This document shows, piece by piece, positions 46,945 through 54,590 of a stretch of DNA of 64,000 bases. A model generated the notes under the pieces. The model made no database searches, was not told where the DNA came from, and was given only the letters and a program-made list of their open reading frames with translations. Source of the stretch: an uncultured Muribaculaceae bacterium (GTDB lineage Bacteria; Pseudomonadota; Alphaproteobacteria; Rs-D84); NCBI GenBank assembly GCA_964619545.1, contig CAZUED010000003.1, forward strand, positions 163 through 64,162, read 5' to 3'. The translations under genes were made by a program, and so were the position numbers. The first letter of the stretch is position 1, and each line of letters opens with the position of its first letter.

Positions 46945-47805
46945 ATGATGGTTGAAGTAAAAATACTTTTTAGAAAATTAATTAAATCGCTGGTGATAAT
47001 TGGTGTTGCCTTCATCCTTAATCCCTCATCCTTCATCCTTTCTGCGCAAGCTGCGGAAGAGGCGGATCCATTCATAATAAATGCGGCGCTGGGCGAAGAT
47101 GCGAAATTGCCAGATGCAAAAATTTCCGCACCCGAGCCAGTTCAGTTTGATACAGCGCCATTACCACTTAATGATGGCGCAGGCTTTTATGATGTTTCTG
47201 ACTTTGACATTTCGGGCATATATTTGGGTATGCCTTTCGAGGATGTTCAAACTTTGTTTTTCAAAAGCCATTCTCTTTATACGCCACTGAAAAATAATTC
47301 TATAATTTATACATTGGCAGGTGATTGGCGTATTAATTTGGACTATGAATGTCGCCAGCAAGGTATAGTTGTTCCAGCTGGTTTGGAAAATTGCATTTTG
47401 TCTGCGGCGCGAAAACGCGGATTGTTGTACCCGGCCCAGCTTCGTCTGATACGTGAATCCACTGGTGAAACGATAGACATTTATTTTACTAGCAATGCTA
47501 CAGATAACGTGGTTTGGCGGGTAGTATATAAAAATGATGTAAATGATTTAGAAGGCGCGGCAGAAAAGTTTTCGCGTCAACGGGATAATAAAATTTTGTC
47601 TTTTTGGCAGGATGTTGTCGATAAATACGGCCAGCCAAACAGCGGAAATGATAAATGGGCATCCAGTGATAATTCTTTTGATCCGATGCTGACGGCATAC
47701 TATGGCATGCTGGATTTGACCGACCAAGGCTTGATGGCGTCTGATGCAGCAAAGAATGTATCCGATGCGCGTGAAAATTTCCGGGCAAAACCTTATGCGT
47801 TCTAA
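46945..47805 (+). CDS. secreted hypothetical protein (286 aa)
   Basis: long signal peptide ending SAQA/AEEADP; same operon-like spacing as the two VirB8-fold genes; no family recognised. Confidence 0.6.
   Translation: MMVEVKILFRKLIKSLVIIGVAFILNPSSFILSAQAAEEADPFIINAALGEDAKLPDAKISAPEPVQFDTAPLPLNDGAGFYDVSDFDISGIYLGMPFEDVQTLFFKSHSLYTPLKNNSIIYTLAGDWRINLDYECRQQGIVVPAGLENCILSAARKRGLLYPAQLRLIRESTGETIDIYFTSNATDNVVWRVVYKNDVNDLEGAAEKFSRQRDNKILSFWQDVVDKYGQPNSGNDKWASSDNSFDPMLTAYYGMLDLTDQGLMASDAAKNVSDARENFRAKPYAF
47009..47043 (+). repeat. five tandem degenerate heptamers inside the signal-peptide coding region
   Basis: ccttcat ccttaat ccctcat ccttcat cctttct; the same heptamer family occurs at 57161-57181. 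Confidence 0.6.
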
Positions 47806-48145
47806 AAACACTTATCGCGCGGGACTTTTTGCTGAGTTTTTGGCACGAGTTTATTTGCGTATTCATGGATTCAGTATTGTAAAATCCAGATACATAACGG
47901 GTCAACATACCAAACGTGCAGAAATTGATATAATTGCAATACGCGGAAATTTAATTGCGTTTATAGAGGTTAAAAATCGACCAAATGTCCGCACTGCATT
48001 TGATGCGATCGGTCATACCCAGGCGTTAAGGTTGCGACGTGCCGCCGAAACATGGATTGCAAAAAATCGTTGGCATGGTGATGCCAGATTTGATGTAATA
48101 GTTGTAACCCGTTTACATATTCGGTGGTTTAAAAACGCTTTGTAA
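47795..48145 (+). CDS. yraN: YraN-family (UPF0102) endonuclease-like protein
   Basis: GLFAEFLARVYLRIHGFSIV...EIDIIAIRGNLIAFIEVKNR; ATG at 47795 overlaps the upstream stop. Confidence 0.8.
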   Translation: MRSKNTYRAGLFAEFLARVYLRIHGFSIVKSRYITGQHTKRAEIDIIAIRGNLIAFIEVKNRPNVRTAFDAIGHTQALRLRRAAETWIAKNRWHGDARFDVIVVTRLHIRWFKNAL

Positions 48146-48228
48146 AATAAAATTTACATAATGGGTTTTTTAGTTTATAATTGCCCTGTTCTGCCAAGGC
48201 AGTTCTAAACCAATAAAGGAGAAAATAA

Positions 48229-48378
48229 ATGAAAAAAGCATTATTGTTGGGATTTGCAGTTTTAACATTGGCTGCTTGCACAGGTTCTTATAAATCTGGA
48301 AATTGCGAATATGATTTCTTGCTGCACAAAGACATCTCGATTTCCAAAGTAATTGGCAACGCAACAGGCGGCTGCTAA
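48229..48378 (+). CDS. small lipoprotein (49 aa, below the ORF-track cutoff)
   Basis: MKKALLLGFAVLTLAACTGSYKSGNCEYDF...ATGGC; lipobox LAAC, SD aaaggag, terminator follows. Confidence 0.55.
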   Translation: MKKALLLGFAVLTLAACTGSYKSGNCEYDFLLHKDISISKVIGNATGGC

Positions 48379-48392
48379 AAATTAGAATAAAT

Positions 48393-48420
48393 AAAACGCG
48401 GCGGTTGCCGCGTTTTATTT
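48393..48420 (+). terminator. rho-independent terminator
   Basis: aacgcggc-ggtt-gccgcgtt plus T-run. Confidence 0.7.
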
Positions 48421-48764
48421 TATCACTGCTGATTTTATCAAGGATAAGTCTTCTTTAATTCCGTCTATTTTTAATTGCAGCTGACCAATACCCGATTCCA
48501 GAATTGTTGTTCTGTTTTCCAGCGTGGTTATGCGGGCATCAGATTTTTTATTTTTTCCATCTCTTCGTTTGACAGCATAGATTGCATATCAAATGCAGCT
48601 GCAATAAAAGATTGTTCTTGAATATCGTATGGGTTGGAAGTTTTTTTGTCAGCCAATTTCTTTTCAACAACTGCTATCAATTCTTTTTTATGTTTTTCAA
48701 ACATCCGAGTGGCATTTATAGATTCTGCAACTTTTTTTCAATCATCTGTAAGCACTAATGGCAT
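48415..48764 (-). pseudogene. disrupted small coiled-coil gene downstream of the terminase (in-frame TGA plus frameshift)
   Basis: good SD (aaagga) and ATG at 48764; codon 9 is TGA (48738-48740) beside an A7 run; reading continues KKVAESINATRMFEKHKKEL...EEMEKIK, then shifts frame at the A-runs 48541-48558 into SDARITTLENRTTILESGIGQLQLKIDGIKEDLSLIKSAV. Confidence 0.6.
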
Positions 48765-48819
48765 AATTCATCCTTTGTAGTACAGGTCAATTATACTTTT
48801 AAATAATGAGTTTTCAATA

Positions 48820-49656
48820 TTAAATCCTAAACTCGGTTTTTGCCTGGACGGGACGCAAAGTTTGACCAAGTGGACGAACCGGGGCTGCGTTCAGGTCCAG
48901 CGCCCCAGCAATCGCGTCCAGACCGTCATCGTGCCCCGAATCGCCCATCGGCGTCCAACCCAGCATTTCAGACAGCAATGGAGTCGCCTGAATTCTTTGG
49001 TGGGCCCAAATACGACCCGTCGTCAGTAGTGGCTCTACCGCGTTCAGAATCCGAGATTCCTTGCGCGTGTGATTTATGATTTTTTGGATAACAACAGATT
49101 GGTCGTGTTTTTTTGCGACTTCGCGCAAAATCTCGGGCAAGGCGTTTCCCAGCCCATTTACTTCTATCCCGATTATATGCGCGCCATGTATTTTCATAAA
49201 TCCCAAAACTTTCTCGCACTGAGTCGCCAGTGGATGCAAATCATTGTCATCCACAATCAAGTACCGAACATCATGAATAAATGCGCGCCGATTTTTATCG
49301 TCTCGGTAAAGCAAGACACATACACTGGAATCGGCCCCTTTACGCCCGCCTGATGGATCCCAATAGCACGATACGCCCGTTATCAAAAATTCTTTATCAA
49401 TTCCCAGTTTCGCTGTGCGAGCATCAAACTCTCCGTCATAAAAATAAAGCGCGCCTGGATCCAGCCGCGCTTTATCTTCCGAAATATATTCCAGCATCAT
49501 TTGACTGGAAAAATGACGTGGTCCGACCGTTTCCCTTAATTCTTCTATTTTTTCCAGTGGAAAAATATCTGGCCATGCAGGTATGCCGCCAGAATCAATT
49601 ATCGGTAGGCGGAATAATTGGTATCCGCGTAAAAATGGCAAGGTCTGTTCATTCAT
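48820..49656 (-). CDS. phage terminase large subunit, C-terminal nuclease half (fragment of a split gene)
   Basis: WPDIFPLEKIEELRETVGPRHFSSQMMLEY, then RNaseH-like motifs CYWDPSGG, IIGIEVNGLGN, HDDGLDAIAGAL; no SD, and it starts right after the dnaB terminator. Confidence 0.7.
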   Translation of the reverse strand: MNEQTLPFLRGYQLFRLPIIDSGGIPAWPDIFPLEKIEELRETVGPRHFSSQMMLEYISEDKARLDPGALYFYDGEFDARTAKLGIDKEFLITGVSCYWDPSGGRKGADSSVCVLLYRDDKNRRAFIHDVRYLIVDDNDLHPLATQCEKVLGFMKIHGAHIIGIEVNGLGNALPEILREVAKKHDQSVVIQKIINHTRKESRILNAVEPLLTTGRIWAHQRIQATPLLSEMLGWTPMGDSGHDDGLDAIAGALDLNAAPVRPLGQTLRPVQAKTEFRI

Positions 49657-49663
49657 GGGAAAA

Positions 49664-49686
49664 TAAAAAAAACGCGCTATGCGCGT
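49664..49686 (-). terminator. rho-independent terminator after dnaB
   Basis: acgcgc-tat-gcgcgt hairpin followed on the minus strand by a T-run. Confidence 0.65.
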
Positions 49687-49726
49687 CTGTTTGATGCCTC
49701 AATTATATCAAATTTTTCATAAAAAA

Positions 49727-51268
49727 TCAATCTAAAAATGGAACGTCAGCCATATCAGGCACTTCGGCATTACCATTGCTTGCGCTAGCAGGTGCAGAAT
49801 AAGATGGTTCTTCCGATTGATAACCTTCATCCAAATCATCAAACAAAGAATATTCCCCACTGAATTTCAGTTTAATCGTTTCTGGTTTTCCATGACGATT
49901 TTTACCGATAATCAATTCGGCCTTACCGCGTGATGCGTCCAGACGCTTGCGCCAATTGTCTGCCTTGTTGGTTGTAAATTTTTCGGAATGGTCACCGACA
50001 ACATCAGATGGATCGCGACCCTGCAAGTAATACTCTTCACGATAAGTGAACATAACAATGTCGGCATCTTGTTCAATAGACCCAGATTCGCGCAAGTCCG
50101 ACAGCAATGGTCGTTTGTCATCGCGTGATTCGACTGCGCGGGAAAGCTGAGACAGCGCGATAACCGGCGCATCCAATTCCTTGGCCAACATTTTCAGACC
50201 CCGGGTGATTTCTGATAATTCATTAACACGGCTGTCGTTTTTACGAAGAGTTGGTGACTGCATCAACTGCAAATAATCGATAACGATAAGTGCAATACCG
50301 CCATGCTTACGGGCAATACGGCGTGCGCGTGCGCGCATCATAGGGACACTCATCCCCGGGGTATCATCAACCAGCAAAGGAACATTAGATAGTGCATCAG
50401 AATACTGCGACATCCGCAGAAACTCTTGATCATTCAGGCTGCCGTTACGCATAGAACTGGATGGAATTTTCGCCTGGGACGACAGAACGCGAGCCGCCAG
50501 TTGAGATGCTGACATTTCAAGGCTGAAAAACACGACCGCGCCACGATACTTTTTATTTGCGCGATTTGCCATAATTGCGCTGGCCGCGTTAAAGGCAATA
50601 TTCATCGCAACCGTGGTCTTTCCCATAGCAGGACGACCAGCAATTATTACCAAATCAGACTTGTGCAATCCGCTGATAGATTTATCCAAATCACGCAGAC
50701 CTGTGGTCAGACCCGATAATTTTCCATCGGCCTTATAAGCAATTTCGGCTTCTTCTAATGCAACGCGAAGTGCCGCCCCCAGTGGAGATGCCCCGCGGTC
50801 GGACGATCCGGTGGTGGATAAATCAAACAGTTTTTGTTCGGCTATTTCTATTTGTCTGTCTACCGGATTGTCTAAATCTTCGACAAATGCCGAATCGGTA
50901 ATGTTTTGACCTATATTAATCAGGTGACGCCGCAAAGCATTATCATAAACTATTTTGGCATAGCTTTCTATATTTACAACAGATGCGCCGGCACTCGCCA
51001 GTTCTGACAAATACTCGACCCCGCCGACAGAATCAAGAACACCTTGTTGTGTCAGATAGTTTTTTGCCGTAATGATGTCAAATGGGATTCCGGCGGCGAA
51101 TTGCTTTTCGGCAAGTTTAAAAATCTCTTGGTGGGCGGGATGAGTAAAATGTTCAGAGTGTAAAAAATCGCTGACTTTTTCCAGTGCGCGGTTGTTCATC
51201 AAGACTGCTGCCAGCACGGCTTGCTCAGCTTCCAAATTAGTCGGTAAAGACTTGGGAGTAAAATCCAT
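49727..51268 (-). CDS. dnaB: replicative DNA helicase DnaB (with an acidic C-terminal tail)
   Basis: DnaB N-domain (PTNLEAEQAVLAAVL), Walker A GRPAMGKTT, IDYLQLM, SQLSRAVE; ~45-aa acidic tail ...EVPDMADVPFLD. Confidence 0.93.
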   Translation of the reverse strand: MDFTPKSLPTNLEAEQAVLAAVLMNNRALEKVSDFLHSEHFTHPAHQEIFKLAEKQFAAGIPFDIITAKNYLTQQGVLDSVGGVEYLSELASAGASVVNIESYAKIVYDNALRRHLINIGQNITDSAFVEDLDNPVDRQIEIAEQKLFDLSTTGSSDRGASPLGAALRVALEEAEIAYKADGKLSGLTTGLRDLDKSISGLHKSDLVIIAGRPAMGKTTVAMNIAFNAASAIMANRANKKYRGAVVFFSLEMSASQLAARVLSSQAKIPSSSMRNGSLNDQEFLRMSQYSDALSNVPLLVDDTPGMSVPMMRARARRIARKHGGIALIVIDYLQLMQSPTLRKNDSRVNELSEITRGLKMLAKELDAPVIALSQLSRAVESRDDKRPLLSDLRESGSIEQDADIVMFTYREEYYLQGRDPSDVVGDHSEKFTTNKADNWRKRLDASRGKAELIIGKNRHGKPETIKLKFSGEYSLFDDLDEGYQSEEPSYSAPASASNGNAEVPDMADVPFLD

Positions 51269-51371
51269 GTCTCAAACCATACAACACGAATTTTAATTTG
51301 CAATGATTTTTCTTGCTTTGTTATAAAAAAAAAACTACTCTGTTTGTCAATAAGAACAAGAGGATTCAGTC

Positions 51372-52388
51372 ATGGCATGGGAAGAAATCTGTTTTCCAAA
51401 TAACCTTAGAAATATAAGGTTGTCGCGCGGAATGCGTATGACCGAAGTCGCCAAAAAATCCGGCCTTTCGCTGTCAGCAATGTCCAAGGTTGAAAAGGGG
51501 GTGCGCCGGTTAAAACAAAGTCAACTGATGCAGCTTTGCACAATTCTGGACTGCAAGTTGGCCGACATCTTTATAAAGGCTGACGATGAAAAGGCTACCA
51601 AATGGCAATCTGAAATGCAACGTCGCTTGACTGAAAATGAAACCGCTGGTTTGAAGGTATTTGGTGCGGGGATACGGGTTTTACGCCGTGAAGTTGGTAA
51701 GACTATCGCCCAGGCGGCCCATGATGCTAAGATGACGCTAAGCGTATATCACAAGATAGAAACTGGCCAGCGAGAGGTTTATGAAAACGAAATAGAAAAT
51801 TTGGCAAAGGCAATGGGTAAATCGATTGATGAAATGTTCAAGGCAATCGCAGGACTTTATAATTCTGGTGCGCTGAACAGACAAATCGACAAGGCCGAAG
51901 AACGTGTTCGCGAAGCGCTGAAAGTTGGTAAGTCCGAATCTAATTTAGATATGGGCAGCGCGATTTATGGCGCAACGGTTTATGATTCTGTGCGGAAAAA
52001 TTTGGTTCCGGTATATGGAACCGCGAATGGAAAAAATATAGTATTTATGAAATCTGATGACAATATGCTGCCACCATTGCCAAAGATAAAAAGCGGCAGT
52101 GGGATATATGCTGTTCAGGCACCTGCTGGTCGGTTGGGACCGCTGTTTCCGCACAAATCACATTTGCTTGCAAATCCTGGTATAATGCCTGTGGCTGGTG
52201 ATTTAGCGGTTTTGTTTGATGATGATTACGAAAATATCGAGCCTCGTACCCAGGCGACCGCACGGATTGTCATGCTGAAAGAGGATAAAAATGGCACGCT
52301 AATCGGTGTTCAGTCTTATCCAGAAGAGAAAATACAGATAAAGAACGGCAAAAAGCGACTGCATAAAATTGTGCAGATTGTCTGTTAA
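51372..52388 (+). CDS. transcriptional regulator with two tandem XRE-type HTH domains and a C-terminal S24/LexA-like domain lacking the catalytic Ser
   Basis: HTH1 LRNIRLSRGMRMTEVAKKSGLSLSAMSKVEKG, HTH2 IRVLRREVGKTIAQAAHDAKMTLSVYHKIETG; C-terminus VPVYGTANG...AGRLGPLFP...GDLAVLF...RLHKIVQIV resembles the LexA/CI fold but has GRLGP where GDSMxP is expected. Confidence 0.65.
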   Translation: MAWEEICFPNNLRNIRLSRGMRMTEVAKKSGLSLSAMSKVEKGVRRLKQSQLMQLCTILDCKLADIFIKADDEKATKWQSEMQRRLTENETAGLKVFGAGIRVLRREVGKTIAQAAHDAKMTLSVYHKIETGQREVYENEIENLAKAMGKSIDEMFKAIAGLYNSGALNRQIDKAEERVREALKVGKSESNLDMGSAIYGATVYDSVRKNLVPVYGTANGKNIVFMKSDDNMLPPLPKIKSGSGIYAVQAPAGRLGPLFPHKSHLLANPGIMPVAGDLAVLFDDDYENIEPRTQATARIVMLKEDKNGTLIGVQSYPEEKIQIKNGKKRLHKIVQIVC

Positions 52389-52411
52389 TAATTTGTAAAA
52401 TAGAGAGAGAA

Positions 52412-53047
52412 ATGAGAGAACTGACTTCCATAATAGCGCAGCGCTTGTTGAACTTGTATCGCCAGGCTCATGTGATTGATGGCGGCTGGGCAGCTGTTAA
52501 TAAGGCATTGTTGGCCGAGGCAGATAATGAAGTTCTGGCCGATTTGCAAAAATTGCCGAACGGGGGAAAGTTGGTTCAGCATATAAAAAATTTGCAATCT
52601 GGAAAAACGGAAGTCAGCGGAATAGAACGCGAAGTTATACCATATGGTGGTAAGATGGACAGCGCGGTAAAGGCAACGCAAATTTCCAACAAGGATTTGA
52701 AAGAGTTAGAATCTGCGCTGGCAGAATTTCAATCAGACGAAGAACATATTGAAAAAATTAAAAATTTATCATTTGTTCAATCTTTTGGTGAAAAGTGGAT
52801 TTCCGGGGTTCGGTCATCATTATCTGGCAAGCCAGAGTTAGAGAAAAAATGGCTTGAAGTTTCCAGATCCGCACGGGCATATGATTTATGGAATAAAGCC
52901 TATGCCGTTTTAATTCCGCCAGTTTCGGACAGAGCACGTGCCGAGATTCAGGCAGAATTATCTGAATATGAAACTTATCTGCCGATGTTTGGCGAAGACG
53001 GAACGCAACTTTTATCGCGACTCCGCTCATTTGTAAGCAGTTTGTAA
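52412..53047 (+). CDS. hypothetical protein (211 aa)
   Basis: intact ORF 24 nt after the regulator gene; terminator follows; no family recognised. Confidence 0.55.
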   Translation: MRELTSIIAQRLLNLYRQAHVIDGGWAAVNKALLAEADNEVLADLQKLPNGGKLVQHIKNLQSGKTEVSGIEREVIPYGGKMDSAVKATQISNKDLKELESALAEFQSDEEHIEKIKNLSFVQSFGEKWISGVRSSLSGKPELEKKWLEVSRSARAYDLWNKAYAVLIPPVSDRARAEIQAELSEYETYLPMFGEDGTQLLSRLRSFVSSL

Positions 53048-53077
53048 AAAAAACGCGGTGGTTCCCCGCGTTTTTTA
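53046..53077. terminator. bidirectional hairpin terminator at the right edge of the terminase-splitting segment
   Basis: aacgcgg-loop-ccgcgtt flanked by an A-run and a T-run; the stop codon of the terminase N-half lies inside the T-run. Confidence 0.65.
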
Positions 53078-53680
53078 ATTTTCAACCTTATAAATTGTGT
53101 CAACTGCATGTGGTGTGCCGATATAAATCATGGTGCCGCTAGGGGAAAGAATAAAGTCCAGTTCCCGCAGACGCATGCGTAACATTTCTCGTTTTTGAGA
53201 AGTATTGCTGGTGTTGGGAACTTCCACGTCATCGCAGATAATCATATCGGCGCGCTGACCTGTTATATTTCCATGAATACCTTGGCAGACTACAGAAGGT
53301 TCCCGAATTCCAACTTGGCGCGAGATTGTAATTTTATGCATTCCCCATTCTTTTTTAACGTTTGGCAATAAATCTCGGCATTCTGGATGATTTTCCAGAA
53401 TATGTTTTATATGTGACACCATTCTTGATGCCAGATTGGATTCTGCAGAAAGAATAAGTATACGTGTTTGTGGTCTTATAGAAAGTACCCATGCGGCGAA
53501 AATGCCAACAACTGATGATTTTCCTGAATGTCTAAATGCCAATAAAAGCGCCCGACGGGGCGGATTTTCAAGGCTGTTTACCAGAAATCTCAAAATGTTT
53601 TTATGATGTGTTGGTGTTTCCATTCCCAGTATCTGGTTCCATGCATCTAAAAAATTTTTCGCGGATTCATAAAGTTCCAT
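53075..53680 (-). CDS. phage terminase large subunit, N-terminal ATPase half (fragment of a split gene)
   Basis: Walker A-like AFRHSGKSSV, Walker B MIICDDVE, coupling motif IYIGTPH; reading frame ends 10 codons later in the neighbouring terminator; start taken at the ATG at 53680 (ORF extends to 53731). Confidence 0.7.
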   Translation of the reverse strand: MELYESAKNFLDAWNQILGMETPTHHKNILRFLVNSLENPPRRALLLAFRHSGKSSVVGIFAAWVLSIRPQTRILILSAESNLASRMVSHIKHILENHPECRDLLPNVKKEWGMHKITISRQVGIREPSVVCQGIHGNITGQRADMIICDDVEVPNTSNTSQKREMLRMRLRELDFILSPSGTMIYIGTPHAVDTIYKVEN

Positions 53681-54215
53681 AATCATCAATACTTTCACTG
53701 GGGCCTGTATCTGCCGGGGTTCCATAATCATTTATCATTCGCGGCATGGCAGTACTCAGCACTGATAAAAGATTATTATAAAGCCCCAGTGCAGCGCCTC
53801 CACCAGTTTTATCTTCTATTAATTCTTTAATGACATCCATCTGATGCACGACATTGTCATGAATATTTTGCCACTGGGCAATACTGATTTCAACTGAGTT
53901 TAAATCTCGGAAAGCCTCTAGTATAAAATTAAAATCTGCGTTCAGGTTTTCGGGATCAATTTTTGCAGCTGGCTGATAATCGATAAAGCGGGATAGACTT
54001 ATCTTGCGAAATATATCTATACGAGAATTTTGCACGGGTGGATTTGCAAAAGAAATTATTCCACCAATCATATTCTCATCATATTGCAAATTATATTCAG
54101 TAGAATCCAAAATAACTTCATTGATTGCCACATGAACGTCTAATGGCTGAAAAAAAGGAAAAGCAAAGGCAAAGCAATATGCTTCGCCGTCACCGACATA
54201 AGAAATCTTGTACAT
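53667..54215 (-). CDS. T7 gp17-like tail-fibre N-terminal (tail-attachment) domain only, 182 aa
   Basis: YKISYVGDGEAYCFAFAFPFFQPLDVHVAINEV...ISFANPPVQNSRIDIFRKISL...PENLNADFNFILEAFRDL follows the T7 fibre N-domain pattern; no shaft or receptor-binding part. Confidence 0.5.
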   Translation of the reverse strand: MYKISYVGDGEAYCFAFAFPFFQPLDVHVAINEVILDSTEYNLQYDENMIGGIISFANPPVQNSRIDIFRKISLSRFIDYQPAAKIDPENLNADFNFILEAFRDLNSVEISIAQWQNIHDNVVHQMDVIKELIEDKTGGGAALGLYNNLLSVLSTAMPRMINDYGTPADTGPSESIDDYGTL

Positions 54216-54232
54216 TTTATAACCTTTGTTTG

Positions 54233-54580
54233 TCAGGCAATCAATCCATCCAGTCTGGAAATGAATGATTTCAACAGATTGGATTTTGGTGTTTTTATTT
54301 TATAAAGCTTGTCCAGATTGGATTTCTTTTTTTCATCAAATGGTTCTTCGGTTTCTTCACGCAGTCTTTTCAGAACAGCCTCTTCGGTCATTCCTTTATT
54401 TGTCATTCCTGCGCTGCCGTATTTTGCACGTTGTGCGGCTAATGTTTTTTTTACCAGATTGATTTTTGCTTTTTCATCCGCCGCAATTTTTTCTAAAATT
54501 CTTTTTCGTTCTGACACGTTTTCTTTTTTGTCTTGTTTTTGATTTAAGATGTCTGTGACATCTGATACAAGTTGTCCCAT
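54233..54580 (-). CDS. Lys-rich helical hypothetical virion-associated protein (115 aa)
   Basis: intact ORF between the gp12-like and fibre-like genes; no family recognised. Confidence 0.5.
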   Translation of the reverse strand: MGQLVSDVTDILNQKQDKKENVSERKRILEKIAADEKAKINLVKKTLAAQRAKYGSAGMTNKGMTEEAVLKRLREETEEPFDEKKKSNLDKLYKIKTPKSNLLKSFISRLDGLIA

Positions 54581-54590
54581 TTTTTTCTCC

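Noticed and set aside
48738-48740. In-frame TGA as evidence of genetic code 4 or selenocysteine
   Set aside because: TGA terminates well-conserved genes in this window at the expected position (for example lpxD at 10263-10265 and nrdJ at 34946-34948). No SECIS-like context was looked for or needed, and a second frameshift lesion is present in the same gene.
49727-51268. Intein or other insertion in dnaB
   Set aside because: The length (513 aa) and uninterrupted motif order are those of a normal DnaB. Only the acidic C-terminal tail is unusual.
49657-53077. The 12-nt string aaaaaaaacgcg at both edges of the terminase-splitting segment as att-like direct repeats
   Set aside because: Both copies are simply the A-run plus first stem bases of ordinary GC-hairpin terminators, which all look alike in this genome. 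No recombinase is encoded in the segment.
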